Origin: the human T2T-CHM13v2.0 reference genome, Homo sapiens
Assembly (NCBI RefSeq): GCF_009914755.1
Contig: NC_060929.1
Direction: 5' to 3' (one strand)
DNA length: 64,000 nucleotides
A program made the position numbers and the translations under genes. The notes under the pieces were generated by a model. That model was not told the DNA's origin. It saw only the letters and a program-made list of their open reading frames with translations, and did no database searches. Shown one piece after another: positions 27,800 to 42,864 of the stretch; position 1 is the stretch's first letter, and every line of letters starts with the position of its first letter.

Positions 27800-28599
27800 A
27801 CCGCAAGCTGTTTTGAAAGCACACAGAAGGGAAAGCTAGCCTAGACTTGGGGGCTGGTAAAAAAAGTTTGCCTGCAGAAAACTATATGTAAGCCAATTTT
27901 TCAAAGAGAAGCAAGAGATCTCTTGTAACCAAAATCTTTAACTAGTCAATGAAGTTAAGTCATATAAAAATAAAACTAAAAGAGGCCAGACAGGGCTAAT
28001 AGAATGGGTTGGATACACCCAGTCTTTTACAACATCTTTGCAGGGTAGTGTACTTTGTTTTTTGTGATGAAACACTATGTAAATCAAATCTTCTTTTAAA
28101 GTTCACTATGTAGGAAACCTACACATAAAACTTACCTGGCTGTGCCACTTACAGGCATCCAATAGTATACATTTTAGAATGTAATTATACATCCCTAATG
28201 AATTTATTTGCAAATCTTGCATGAAATCTATGTCCTATCTGTGCTCTGCCCATCTAAGTCCTATCCTTAAGTCAAGGTTCAGATTAAATACTCTCTCTAC
28301 CCCAAAGCATTACTTCTAAATAAATTTCTTCTTCTTTGTACTTCTAAATCACTTATCCCGACTTCAACTCCTTTGATACCTATTGCACAAAGCCTTATAT
28401 TTTTAGGGTGCTGTAATTTGTGCACATTTTCCAGTATCCTTAAGGATGATGGCCACATCTTCCACTTTTCCATGACCCGTAGAATGCTCATCAATACTTT
28501 CTGCCCAAATTTGCCCTCAGTATCTCACTTCATTCTGTTGATTAAATTAAGATTTTTTTCACTACATTCATGTAATCCAACCTCCTTTATGAGCCATTA

Positions 28600-28737
<138 letters not shown>

Positions 28738-29773
28738 CTAGAAAAGAAGGAAAACATGAGTTGTTATCACAGGTATGATTTCAGAGAAGAGTGATCTGCC
28801 AAGGTTTTCCCAATTCATTGTTCTAGATGTCTAGTAGAAACACATTTACCAAAGACATATGTGTGCTCAATGCACTCAACATTTAAAGTAGGTGTATTTG
28901 TTGGGGATCCGGTCTTTCTTGTTTGCCCTTAATTCAAATTATTCTAGGGTTTCACCTCTTGCTTCTGCAATGTATTAATATTATAGCCACCTGGAAACAT
29001 ATCTACTCAAGTAAGGGAGACATCCTTTATATTATATTTTCTGATTCAGTAGGCACTAAATATTTAAAGTGGGATAACATATGCCTCAGTGGCTAGTGCA
29101 CTCTCTAGTACTCTGTTGACACTCAATGGTGATTCTCAAAAATAGAACTTATGGTTAGGCGTACAAGGAAAGAAGCTTTTAGAAGTATTTGCAATTACAC
29201 GAGGGCATGCTCAGATCATGGTTATGTCTAAAATTCAGGATACTTACAAATGTATGCACAAGTACACACAATGTTGTAAAATGTGTAATAAAACCGCTAG
29301 AAGGGGAAAAGGCAAAGTATCTATAGTATTTAACTTACAGTGGAGAAATTATGCAGGATTTATATTTATCTCATTATACTCAATATTCCTCACATTTTCT
29401 GAGTGCATTTCTTTATTGCTTTAATTATGAGAAAAATAAAGCCTTTTTAAAAACTATAACTTAGATGAAATTTGAGTTACCCGACAGGAAACAATGCAAG
29501 TTATTAACAAAGTTAATGAAGTTATTAACAAAGTAAATATATACTTTATATATAAGTCAGGAGAGGGACAAATCAGTGTCAACCTGACAGATCACAAGTT
29601 TCATTAAATGAATGGAGCTTAGGCTGGAGTATGAGGGATGGATTAAGCTTTGTTGGGTTCATGGAGGAGAAAACAATTCCCAGGAGTCTGGCTGAGTGTA
29701 GCTACAGCATGAATAAAGAATGAGAGGGTGGACTTTGTGAAGAATTCAGCTTCACAAAGATATTTCAACTCCA

Positions 29774-29837
29774 ACCATCCATCCATCCATCCATCCATCC
29801 ATCCATCCATCCATCCATTCATCCATCCATTCATTCC
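29774..29837. repeat. (CCAT)n tetranucleotide microsatellite
   Basis: About 11 perfect units plus degenerate units; next to L2-like sequence. Confidence 0.95.
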
Positions 29838-29959
29838 CAGGTCATTGATTTTATGGAGCTTAAAGGGAAAGTCTGGCAATAGAGAAATAAAGTAAACAAA
29901 ACAAATCAAGCAATCTAAAATTATATTACGTGTCACAAAATACAGGGGAGTGGGCTTGT

Positions 29960-30280
29960 TTAGAGGCTGGAAAATGTCTTTTCAGGGAAGAGCAATTTAG
30001 ATGGAGGTGGAGGTGAAGAACTTCTCTAGGTAGAAGGAATAGCATGTGCACAAGCCTGGAGGTAGGACTAAGTTTTGTTTCTCTGAAAACCTGAAAAAGC
30101 TCAATGTGGAAGGAGCTTAGGGTTCAAGGAAGAAAGTGGCATTAAATCAGGTTGGGGAGGTAGGCAGGCTACTCATGCTGGGTTTGGTAAGAGTTTGAGT
30201 TTGAATGAAAATACACTGAGACATATGTCAGGATTGCAAGCAGAGGGGTGAAGACCTGTGTTGAGAAGTCAGCTCTAGAA
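29960..30280 (-). mobile_element. L2 remnant
   Basis: ggtagaaggaatagcatgtgcacaagcctggagg and gaggtaggcagg L2-like motifs; approximate. Confidence 0.55.
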
Positions 30281-32439
30281 TGCACTGCTCAGGGCCAATG
30301 TTCTCCATGGCTATTTGACTATGAGGATTAAGAGTCACTGATTAAGGGGTCAAGGGCAGGGAGACATCATATGCAGGGCCAACCATGGTCATCATTCCCT
30401 TGATGCTGATTCTGTAGCCCCTGTTTGAGAACGTCAGCTTTCAAAGAGGATATAAAGTTTATGGAGGACGGAGCCCCAAAACCAGCTGACTTCTGGCTTC
30501 AGAAATGAAAGGGCCAGAGAATGAGATTTGAAGGTAGGCCCCATCTGGGATACAGAAAATTACCACCTAGCTTCCTCTGCTCTTCTAAGGTATTGCATAA
30601 GAAGAAATTTCATCATATCATATTGTCAGGGGAAATTATTTTTTTAAAGATACAGATCAATGAAGTGTTCCAAAACAAACTACATATGTGGCAAGGAAGA
30701 TATGCCTATGAGGTCAAATACAAAGGTCCACCACACATGATATACAAGCCCCTCATGATCTGGTCTGTTAATATGTCCACCCTCATTTCTATCATGTGTG
30801 GCCTATATTTTAAAATGACAGAACATGCAGTTCTTGTCACATTATCAGGCTCTCTGTCCACTAGGCATTTACAAAAATGTTCTCTCTGCCTTCTCATATA
30901 ATCACCTGGCATCTAGCAGTCATCTCCTTTGTCAAGGCTCCAAAGGGCTTTTCCTCCACGATGTGTGACCTGACCTTCCAGCAAATTTCACCTGCTCCCA
31001 CTGCAAGTTAGTTGGAAAAATAACAATGTTCTACTGTAGCTGATTTATTTATTACTCAAGCTATCTCCTGACTAAACCAAAGACTCCTTTAGTCCTGGAA
31101 CAATGTATCTTTTGATATTTCTACCTTAGTTCCTGGAGCTCATCCTAGACAGCTATTCCATATTGGTTGAATGAATAGGTGAAGGGTGGGACACAGGAGG
31201 TTGTATTATATCCACATGATGTAAAGGTGTCTGGGTCAGAATATTGTGGGAAGCGGCCAAAAATTAGAGTTTTGAGAAAATAAATGATGGCTTTGTGATA
31301 TACTATTTTAACAGTACTGCAAAATTATATGAGGCAGTCCTAGGTCTGTGCTTCCAAACTAGTGTGTACACATTAGAAAAATACATATTCCCAGGCTGTG
31401 CTCTACATCACCAAATCTGCATTTTATAAGCTCCTTATGCAGCCATCAGGCAGCCCAGTACCAAGTCACAGACCAGCACAAGGAACCACTGCCCTCCTGC
31501 CTGCCCCCAACCCCACCCCACAGTTCTATGTGTGTCCAGGAAGGTGACAGAACATCTTCAACAGGAACTTCATAATAATAACAATCTTGGTAACTGTAAG
31601 AGTACCCTCCCTCTCATAACTCAATGCTTTCCTGATTTTCTTCATCTTCCCAGCAAAGAACTGAACTAAACTGGGTTTTGGAAAGGGGCCAGTTTCTGTC
31701 TGAACTGAGACCAGTTATGAAATATGACCAGCCTAAGGACACGCAGCCCTGAGCCACTGGTGTGATCATCACTCCCTTCAACAAGCATGAAATGTCAGCA
31801 AAGGGGCAAATGCTATATCCAGACCTGTGAACATCAGGGGGATAGTAAGCACTGATCCAAGTGGAATTAACACCATTGAGATGGTGTCATTGGAAACTTT
31901 TCAAATAGTAATTAAATAAAATCTTTCTGGCTCAATAATCAGGAATCTAAACAGAGCCCAAAGATGAATCATAGGCCTGGTGTAGGTTTCAGAGAAGAGA
32001 TTAAGAAGAGTTTTCTCCATGGGCTACAAATATTAACATTATTAATTTGTTTTCACCATGCAGAGCAAAAATATCAAAACCTGAACTTAAAGAGCTCAAA
32101 TAAATGCTTCCTCTATGGGTCTTCAGCTTGCCCTGCTATCCTCCCCAATTTTAACTCTTTCCATGGAAGGGGGATCCACTATAAATGGCGGCCTAGGCAA
32201 ATCAGTCATCAACAAAGAGGAATCTGAAAGGCAATTCTTAGGCTTGGCACTGGGGAATGTGAGCGTGGGGTATGACATAACCACTGACCACCCCCAGGTC
32301 ACATAAAATCAAACCCCACTGGACACAAAAAAGTGTTTGTCTATGAATTCATGGATGAGCCTGATAGATTAACACATGCTAAGATCAAAAGCCAACAAAA
32401 TGAACAAACCCAACATCTCTGATTAAAAGTTGCTCTCTC

Positions 32440-32750
32440 CTTGGCAGGGACATGGATGGAGCTGGAAGCCATTATCCTTAGCAAACTAACACAGGAATAG
32501 AAAATCAAACACTACATACAATGAGAACACATGGACACAGGGAGGAAAACAACACACACTGGGGCCCGTCACGGTGGGTGGGGTGCGGGGAGGAGGGAGA
32601 GCATCAGGATAAATAGCTAATGCATGCTGGGCTTAATACCTAGGTGATGGGTTGATAGATGCAGCAAACCACCATGGCACATGTTTACCTATGTAACAAA
32701 CCTGTGCATCCCGTACATGTATCCCAGAACTTAAAATAAAATAAAATAAA
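32440..32750 (+). mobile_element. Short L1PA/L1PB 3'-end fragment
   Basis: gcagggacatggatggagctggaagccattatcc...gtatcccagaacttaaaataaaataaaa; imperfect TSD taaaagtt on both sides. Confidence 0.9.
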
Positions 32751-33844
32751 AGTTCCCTCAGTGATGAATATGGCTCAGTGGGCCTCTTCACCTTCTGTTC
32801 CTGGCAGCCAAGACTGCCAAGCGTCCATGAGCTGATGTCTGAGGAGGTTAAATGGTCTTGTCTACAAAGTTAGCAATCTTTCTAATGTAATTATGTATAT
32901 ATATAAAGAATGATGATACCACTAGGGCATGCTGTGGTAATCTGAAGGGTATCTGGAACCCAAAATGAACGTATTCAGAGCCTGAAGCAACCCGCCACTG
33001 ACCTGCCTTAGGCCCTGCACAGCTACCAAGAGCTACGTGTGTCACTGTCTTGCAGCCCAGCAGGGTTCTAGGCATACCAGCTGGCAAGTTTGGGTCCAGC
33101 TAGGTTTTGCCACTGCTGGGAGAATCAGACACACCACTTAACTACGTGTGTGATCTTGAGTTGGGACTTAACCTCTCAGAGCATCGTTTTTTTTCATCAG
33201 CCCAGAGTGGATAGTAATACTTAGCTCACATCACAGGGTGGCTGCCAGTGTGCGTGTGTGTGTGCGTGTATAATCTAGCACACAAGTAAATAGCTAATAA
33301 ATATTACATTTATTCCATTAATATTATTTATAATACTTTGAATGTTTTTAAGCCTTAAGTATGTTGGTGAGAGACTATTTCTATTTTCCAAATGGGGAGA
33401 TATATACAGAGAGGTGAGTGACCTTCTCCAAATGACAGAGTAGATTAGTTCCAATTTGAAGTAAACCCATGTCTCCCATCTCCTGGCACATCACTGATTT
33501 CTCCTAGGACACCGTACCAAGTGTCTTTAAACCTTATGACAAGCAGCTCTTTCTGACAGGGCTCTCTTCTCTATTTGATACTGAATTCGTTCCAGTGTCC
33601 AAACTGCGTCCAGTTCTCTCAGGTAGGTAGCTTTAGGAATTCAGTAACTTTCAAGCCACTACTGATAAAATCAGTGCAATACACCTGCCCCTTAATGGCC
33701 TGAATGTGTTAATGTAGTTTATAAAGGGATCTACTTTGCAATCCAGCTTGGCACAGGACTTTAAAGTGTGATATAAGTCTAACATCTTTTCCTTCACTAG
33801 GGTATGATACTGATTAGGAAAACTAACCATAAAAAACTCAGTGC

Positions 33845-33985
33845 GGGAGAAGGAGAATGAAAGAGAGAGGAACAAAGAAATGAATAAAGGAAGGAAGTAA
33901 AAAGAGAGAGAGAAAGCAAAAGAGAGGGAGGGAAAAAGGTAGGGAGGAAGGGAGGGAGGAAAGGAGGGAAGAAAAAAGAAGGATG
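33845..33985. repeat. GA-rich polypurine tract (resumes at ~34285-34380 after the Alu)
   Basis: (GGGA)/(GAAA)/(GA) low-complexity sequence. Confidence 0.85.
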
Positions 33986-33987
33986 GG

Positions 33988-34462
<475 letters not shown>

Positions 34463-37400
34463 CTAAAAGCCTACTAGAGATGTTGGTCTCCATTTTAGTT
34501 TTCCTCCCCTAGTCTTCAACTTAGAGAACATAAATTACCACCTTTGTCTATCTGAGGTAATGAGAACATGCCTCTCAGAGAAACCAAAGCCCTCCATGGA
34601 CTTCTTCCCAGTCAATAAAGTCAGACTGAGAACAGCGCTTAAGACACATCTGTTCCACACTCCGCAGACATTCCAGCAGCTCAGAGTAAAAACTATAATC
34701 CTATAAAGAGGATATAAAATGAAGGATGAGACTCCCAAAATCAAATATTTTGTTACCTGCATTAACAAAGCACAGACTGTGACCTTCTCAGTGGGGATTC
34801 AAGATCCTTTTAAAATCCAGATGAAGGTGCAGGTGGTTATTTAAAATAAATTCCCATTTGGGCAATTAGATTTGATTTCCTAAAACACTTTCACTCTTAA
34901 GAAAACATCAGGATGGATAGACTGCATGGATGAAATCTTGTTTTTCTTCCCCAAAGCAGCATCAGTTCAAGAAGAGAGGAAAAACCAGACATTCTAAGAT
35001 AGTCCAGTTGACTCAAGGTGGTATTTAGGAAAAGGTACTAAATATGCTCTCAGGAGACTCAAGTTCTCATCCTGGCTCTGTTATTAAATATGTTGCCTTG
35101 GGTGAGACATGCAGACATGAGCTTGACTTCTAGCACCAACACTACCCGTGTTTGGATAAATGACTTCACCTCTCTGGGTGGGCTTCAGTTACCTCATCAG
35201 TGAACAATGGGGACAATGATACCTTTTTCTGAGGGTGCAAACAAGGATTGTGGGGCATACTATATATAAAGGGTTGAACTCTGCTTGGCACACTATAAAT
35301 GCTCAATATGTGTGAGCTACCATCATCATTATTATTTCTTACAATTATAACCAGCCATTGTAAAACTCCTCTCTCACAAATACTCAAGAAGGACTGAACT
35401 AACACTTTGTTAATCAAAATATAACAGACCTTGCCATAAAGGGAATTCCAGAGACGCCAGTCCCCAGCTAAGCCTCAGCAACTGTTCTCAGCTCCTGCCA
35501 CCAGCAGCCAAGGTCAGCCAAGACTTCCCCTTTTAAACCCAACCCCACAGGGCAAGTTCCCATGGCCCCTCCAGGTCATTTTTCCTCTGGAAATAAGCCC
35601 TTGTGAGGAGATAACAATCTACACTCTTCCAGCAGGACTGTAGAGAGGGCAGTAAGGTCTTAAAGCTGCCTCCCACCCACGCTCCCTCCAGTACATGGGT
35701 GTGTTTCTAGGACCCTCGATGACAAGCATGCCATTGAGACAAACAGAAAGGCCTGGGAGAAGATAGACATCTTGAGGAGCAATGCAGTTTCTTGGCTCCG
35801 AGTCTTCATTGAAATTGGGCATAGTTTACCAGGGTTGGCTATTCCAAACCTCTGAACTGCTACAGATGAGAGTCTCAAACACTCCTCCCTTTCCTCATCA
35901 CCTAAACATACTTAATGACCACTGAGGTGTGCTGGAAGTAGGTCAACCTGGGGCACTCCCTTCAAAATGCAACCCACGAAGCAGAATACATAACACATGG
36001 AAAGCACTGTCTTCACTTTCTTTATTATCTTTGGTTTAGCCCTAGACGGACAGACACAAGGTAGGAAAAACAGCAATGTGGAGGCAGCAGTAGCCCAGGG
36101 CAGCATTAATCAGGGCAGAGTGGCTGCTCTGTTGTCTGAACTGGAGAATCAAAGCCAGCTATGTGCATTCTTCCCTCCCCAGAACTTCATGTTAACCATT
36201 TTAAAGATGTCATTATCAAAGGGCCTGACAAGTGATGTGGCCTGCCCTGGGTCACAGTGGATGGGGGAATGGACTGTGGGGAGCACCCTAATCCTAGCTC
36301 CCGATAATGGTCTGTTAATCTTCAACAGCGTTCCAGACACAGATAAGTACAAATAGATAACACGCCAGAAGCAAGAGAATGTGGAGGAGAGGGACAGCAC
36401 TGGACAAGAGGAGCCCTAGAGAGATTCCATTCTCAACGAGAAAGGTCAGCTGGGTCTGTGTAGCTCAAACCTCAGTCATTTGTGCACTACCTGCATGATA
36501 TCTGACACAGCCTGCAATAAACTGTGCTGTTATTTGCTTAATATTATCCTTATATAAATGTATTTTAAAAGAAAACACTATCTTAGTCTCATAAATTCTA
36601 AACTAGTATTACTTGCCAAAACTAAACAGTGAACCTAGGAATGAATACAATAAAAACATCACTAAATTTTGTCTACATTCTGCTGCCTTCGAGAGGGCTC
36701 TAAAGGATGATCTTGGATCTGTTATTTTGTTAAAAAGGAAGATTATCACGGATCAGGGAGATGTTAATGAGAAACTAGTAGTAAACGGAGACTTTTTCCT
36801 TGATCTACTCAGAAGATTTGAAAAAGAACTAGAAAAGGGACAAAATTTGTCATTATGTGATTCCATGTTATTTAATGCCTTCTTCCACAACCCCCTAAAA
36901 TGATCTTATGAAACAGCTGGAACCATCTCTGCTATTGAAGTATAGGTCCATATGTGTCCACATGGGCCTGTGAGAAGCAAGAGTAGGACTCAAAGTAGAG
37001 TGACGGGGACCACCCACATCAGGCAGTACAGTAGAAGGATGAGATTACTGGGGACCATGCTCTGGGTCCGAAGCTTGGGTGGATGGGGAAAGAGGCAGGG
37101 TGGGGTAGGGTCAGGTGTAGGAACAAAGATGCCTTATCAGAAAACAGGAAACCAGATATGGGTAAGTGAAGACATATGGCAAATCTTTAACTGGGCTTTT
37201 GGTTGGAAAAAATAGAAAGGTTCCTGCCTGGGAAGAAAACCAGCCTAATAGCAGTTTTTGAAGCTACCCCCAGAACTGTAGGTAGCAACTGAGGGAGTCC
37301 AGAAGCCAGGGCTACATTAGCATCTCTGCCATTAAGTTATTCTGTGATTTTTAGGCAACTAACTTGATGCTTCTTTGTGCCTCAGCTTCTTCAGCTGAGT

Positions 37401-37525
37401 GAAGGTAAATCTTTCTAAAAAGGTACATTTATATATCTGTAAAGTATAGATAATAATGCTTACCTCACAGGGCTACTGTGAGAGTTAAAGACATGATGCA
37501 GGGTTGGTACTCACAAAAGACTCCT

Positions 37526-37813
37526 GGCCAGGCGCAGTGGCTCACGCCTGTAATCCCAGCACTCTGGGCGGCCAAGGCGGGCGGATCACGAGGTCAGGAG
37601 ATCGAGACCATCCTGGCCAACATGGTGAAACCCCGTCTCTACTAAAAATACAAAAATTAACTGGGCGTGGTGGCATCCCTGTAATCCCAGCTACTCAGGA
37701 GGCTGAGGCAGGAGAATCGCTTGAACCAGGGAGTCAGAGGTTGCAGTGAGCTGAGATTGCACCACTGCACTCCAGCCTGGTGACAGAGCAAAACTCCGTC
37801 TCAAAAAAAAAAA
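37526..37813 (+). mobile_element. AluSc inserted into a MIR
   Basis: gatcacgaggtcaggagatcgagaccatcctggccaac; TSD aaaagactcct at 37515-37525 and 37814-37824; MIR core at ~37320-37510. Confidence 0.93.
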
Positions 37814-38454
37814 AAAAGACTCCTAAGTGGTAGGTATTACACATATTACTACTGCTCCTACCACCTTGCTACAACTTCTATTCTACTGCTCTTGTAATAT
37901 CGATGTACTGTTAAAATCAAATCCAAATTACAGTACAAATACAAGGCAGCTATTACCATTTTATACAAGCTGCTTGAGAAATCTGTAGCTCAGGACCAGA
38001 GTATAAAGTCCAGTACAGATTAAAGCCAAGTCAGTGCTTTAGAGAGCTAATTCATGCCCCTCTTTGGTCTGGATTTATATGATAGTTTTGTGTTTTATTA
38101 CTTGTTTGTTTTGCTTTGCATTGTTCCTTTTTAGGCCTCAAATACACGTGCCATGGGTGGAAGCTCTCTTACATATGCGGACTAGAGAAGTGACATCCAG
38201 CTTCAATCAAACAGGATCTCTTGTCCCTTGAGCCCCTGGGCCTGTGCAAAAGCCAAATGCCTATTCCATCAGGAAGAAGTGCCTAAATTCAACCTAAGTC
38301 TTTATTCTAAGGGTAAACGAGTTTAATAATTCATTCCTGAAACATATGCTAGTGTAACTACTAGCCATGAAGTTGAATACAGAAGGTGAATAGAGAAGTA
38401 AAGATAAAACAGTTAGAAAAGTAAGCCAGGATCGCAAATAGTAATGTGACCTAA

Positions 38455-38875
38455 AATGACGAAGAGTAAAACTATAGAAAGACAGTAAAATGATCAGTGG
38501 TTACCAGTTGGGGCGGGGGGTAGGGGAACAGGGAGGGGATGAACTGGTGAGTAAGCGGAGCACTGAAGTGGCTCAGAGCAGTGAAACTGTCCTAGACGAT
38601 ACTGCAATGATAGACACATGACATTTTTCATTTGTTAAGACCCATAGAACTACTCAACAATGAGTGAGTTCTAATGTAAACTGGACTCTCTTCAATGTAT
38701 CAATATTGGTTCATCTATTGTAACAAGCATACCACACCAATGTAAGGTGTTAATAAGAGAGGAAACTTGGGGGTGAGGAGGGAGTGAGAAAGAGTCTATG
38801 GGAGCTCTCTGTACTTTGTGCACAATTTTTCTGTAAGCCTAAAACTTCTCTAAAAAACAAAGTCTATTAATTAAG
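38455..38875 (+). mobile_element. Old L1M (L1MC/L1MD-like) 3'-end remnant
   Basis: aaaactatagaaagacagtaaaatgatcagtggttaccag...ctctgtactttgtgcacaatttttctgtaagcctaaaac. Confidence 0.75.
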
Positions 38876-39534
38876 AAAGGTGGGGGGAAGAGAGAGAGAG
38901 AGGAGAGAGGCAGGCAGAAAAATCTTTTGTCTGGCAGAGATTAAAGGATCCACAGAGGCCTTGCCTAAGTGAATCTAAGGTAAATAGCTGATTTGTACAC
39001 GTGGGTATGGCCAACGGCAATTATGATCACAGCGTGTTACAATAATTCATAATTACCATTTACTGAAAACTTCTTATTTGCTGAAAACAGGTAGAAGCTT
39101 TAAGTACATGTTGTTCAATCAATCTTCAAGTGCTATGAATTATATGCTACTGTCATTCCTATTGCATTGATGAAGACATGGAAGCTTAGGGAGGTTAGCT
39201 CATGGTCCAATATTACACAACCAATCATTGGGAGAACCAATGGTATCGATGCAAGAAATGCATCTCTATAAGAGATTGTGGAGTTAGGCACCCTCCTTCT
39301 TCCAAAGCTTAAGATACTGGAATAAGGGATGCAAACGGCTGCCAACTAGGAAGTTTGACCTTTACTATGTAGTAGCCCTAGAAGGATCTTCAAAAAATAA
39401 GTAAAATAGTCAATCATAGGGTCAAAAAATCAAGCTGACAGAGGCCCATGCTGGAGATAAAGGAAGGAAAAACTTAGAAACAGCAAGTGGCAGGGGGAAA
39501 AAAAACAAAACAAAATAAGAAAAGACCTTTAGCA

Positions 39535-40015
39535 TGCTGGGTGCCAGCAGGAAACAGATAAAATTATTAAGAAGTTATTAAGGAGAATTTAACAAAGAAA
39601 TTACTTAACAAAGTGTGGGCAGTGTTTAGGGCAAATAAATGGATATGCAGCATCCAGGGCCTACCAGCATCAGGGAGCCATTGCCAAGGCCAGAAGAGGG
39701 AAAGGGGAGGGAGTGGTTATTGGAAGTGGAGACTGTAGCTGTATGGAGAGGGCTGCCTGGCAGGAGCCGTAACCTTCAGCAGAGACATGCAGCTGCCCCA
39801 CAATGACCTAGTGATAGGAAGGAATCAGGGGAAAATACCCCGACTTCATTGTTCACTCTCCCTCTAATCTCCTATTGGTGCTCTAAGAGCTAAATGCAAC
39901 CAGAAGCCCAAGGGCAAAGAAACCAACTAAGGCACACCATACACGGAGTATGGAGCAGGGTAGACAAAGGTGGAGAGGATATCTGGGGATGCAAGCAGGA
40001 AATACCCAGCCCAGG
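39535..40015. mobile_element. MLT1-like MaLR LTR remnant
   Basis: ccagcaggaaacagat...aaagtgtgggcagtgtttaggg...caaccagaagcccaagggcaa...gatatctggggatgcaagcaggaaatacccagc. Confidence 0.6.
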
Positions 40016-42864
40016 CCCTGAATAGCCAACAATGGGATGTGATTTAATAAACTATGATATCACCACAAATATGGATTATGATTATTATGGCCACCTTTAA
40101 ATCTATATCATGAACTGAAGAAATATCTAAAATAAGTAAGTTCTGGAGCAATATGCAAAATATGATGTAGTTCTTGTCAAAGCAAACAAAAAATGCTGTA
40201 TGTAAATATGTTTATTATATTTTTGTGTGAGCTGATCTGGAAGAAAGTTCCAGAAGGATGCACATCATATTATTAACATTGGATGTTGTAGAAGGAAAGG
40301 ATGCAGAGAGAGGTTGTAGGGGTCCTTTTAAACTTTTTCTTCTCTCTCTTCTATTTATTTACATTATTTCTCTAGTTGCATATGCGTAATGTACTTTATA
40401 ACTTTTAAAAGGAACTTAATAAAGAAAATTATAAAAAAGTAAAAGAATGTGGTAATTGCTGTGGTCCAGTGTGACAGGAAGAATATGGATTAGAAAATGC
40501 AATGGCATACTGCAGAAGAAAGTGTCAATCAACTAAGTAACTGAAGAGGAAGGGAAAGTGACGCAGATGCAGACGTGCCAAACCAGACTGAGTTTTAAAG
40601 CAGCATGTCTACAGAGGACCCATTAATAGACACAGGAAACAGAAAAAGGACTAACAAAATTGAAGTGTAAGACTAAGAATAATTTTGAGGTACTGGTCAA
40701 CCATACAGCAATGTAGCAGGTCACTGAAATGGTGGCCTGGGATTTAAGAGAAAGGTCAGGTGTTAGTGGACGGGCTTGAGTTAATGCCACGCTGAAAATG
40801 GCTGTGCCAACTGAAAGGCAGAAAAGAAGGGTGGAAAGATCCCTAGAATGGGAGTCGGGAGCCAAGGATTCCGGTCAAAGTTCTGTGATCCCCTTCGCCT
40901 TTCCAAGAGGCTGTGCCGTTAATGGTACCCAGCTCCCTCTTAAGAAGCAGCTCTCTCTTTTCATCTTTTCTGACTGACAGCTGGCTTTGACAGGGCCTTT
41001 ACAATGACAAAGACGTCGAGTGAATTCCCACCCTATTGCTTCTCAGAAACAAGAAACCTTTTCACCAAATCTGAAAGCCCGCCAAAATGCAACTCCCAGA
41101 GGAGGAATGCGGGCTCAGGCCTTGGAATGTGTGAGAAGCACCTTCAAATGACAGGCAATAGCTCCCCATCTATTTGTGGAGGCCACAGGGATTCTTCTTC
41201 AAGTCTGACATTGTATTTTTAAAGCTTGTGGGAGCTTCTTGGGGATTGTGGTCATAAGCACACAACCACTGGCTTATGTAACTTCCTAAAACTGTCCGTG
41301 GTGTGCAAGTCTAACAGAACACTCAGCTGTGGTGCTCCAGTCACACCAGGCGGCCATGAAGAGGGCCCCATGGAGAGTGTGGAAGGAAGGAATTGTCTCA
41401 AAGACCACAGATGTCTTCCAGTTTGCTCTGCCTTGTAGTCCAGACCTCAAAGATTAGGTCTATCATACAGGAGTGCAAAGAGGGTCCTCATTGTTAAAGC
41501 AGTCCAAGAATTCAAGTGATGAATCAGTGCCAGTTAGCCTGATGGAATGGTGGGAAAGAGAAGGGCTTTGGAGTCCTGACTGTAAAGCGAGGAAAATAAT
41601 ATCTTTTTCAAAGGAATGCTGTGAGGATGAAGCCCAGATTCTCAATAAATGTGAGTTCCTTTAGAAGCTAGAATCTCCCTAAATCTTCTCAGGTCAAAGC
41701 CTTCCACCTAGTGCCTACCTTCCCTCTCCTTTATCCCTGAAAAGTAACTTGACTTTTCATTTCTTTTTAGGTTGGTTTGATTCATACCACATATCTTAAC
41801 TACCTTTCTACAACAACCCAAACACACCTTCTATAAAAGAATATGGGTAAGGAAAGAAAGGGAAGAGTTCGCTCTTTTTTTCTGGTTCCTTCTTGACAAA
41901 GCAGACAATGGTGATGACTGATTTTCTTGGTTACAGGCTTCCATCTGTCTGTCTAAAAACCTATACACCCGCAACTCTGCTTTCATTGGATAGAGAGGTG
42001 GTTATCAAAGCAGAGGCTATTTTTGATTCTTTGGCCCTGAACTTCTTCAAGTTGTATTGATAGATAAAACTGCAGATGCTCTGAGAACAAGGACTTCAAG
42101 AGGTCAGGCAGACCTTGAATGAAACAAACACTTGAACTAAATACAAACGAGACACCACTTAAAAATTATCAGAACTCAAAAATCAGAGACAAGTGGGTAG
42201 TTAATCCTAGAACAAAAGGTTTCTTCGCCTTCAATAAAGATCTAAGGCTTTACTCATACTAGGCACCTCCTGGAATGTATTCAAGACCGCTTACTATCGG
42301 CAAAGACCATGTTAACATTATGGGAATACATTCTCTGTGCTTAGAACCTCCAAGACTTCATCCCTTACCTGCAAAGCCATAAAGCTGCCCACTTCTCTTC
42401 CCAATGATCACTATTTAACATTCTATGAGTCTAACAACAGGTGAATAATCTTCTTTTGGAATAGTCTACTCTTTTGTGATGTGTCTCTGCTCAGAAATGT
42501 TTCAGACTGAAGTTTACAGTTACATGTTTTATGTCTATCAAAGCAAGATGTATGTTGTAACATGTATTAAATTTTGTCCAAAAAATAGCAAACAAGTTAT
42601 CATCTTTGTCAGTCATCTCAGACACAGCCAGTTTTCACCTATGTGTTATCACTCTTCCCCTGTTGCCCCAAGTCTTCATCTTTCATTTATCATTCCATTC
42701 ATTCAGGGGTAGACTGAGCTAGGTTTTGGTGATACAGTGGGGTATGACACAGAGTCCCTAGGATCATGGAGCAGACAGACTAACAGCCTTTTGATAACCC
42801 TGTTTCCTTGACAACTGTTCTCGCCAAACCACTTAACCCAGGGAAAGAAACATTAGTCTAAATT

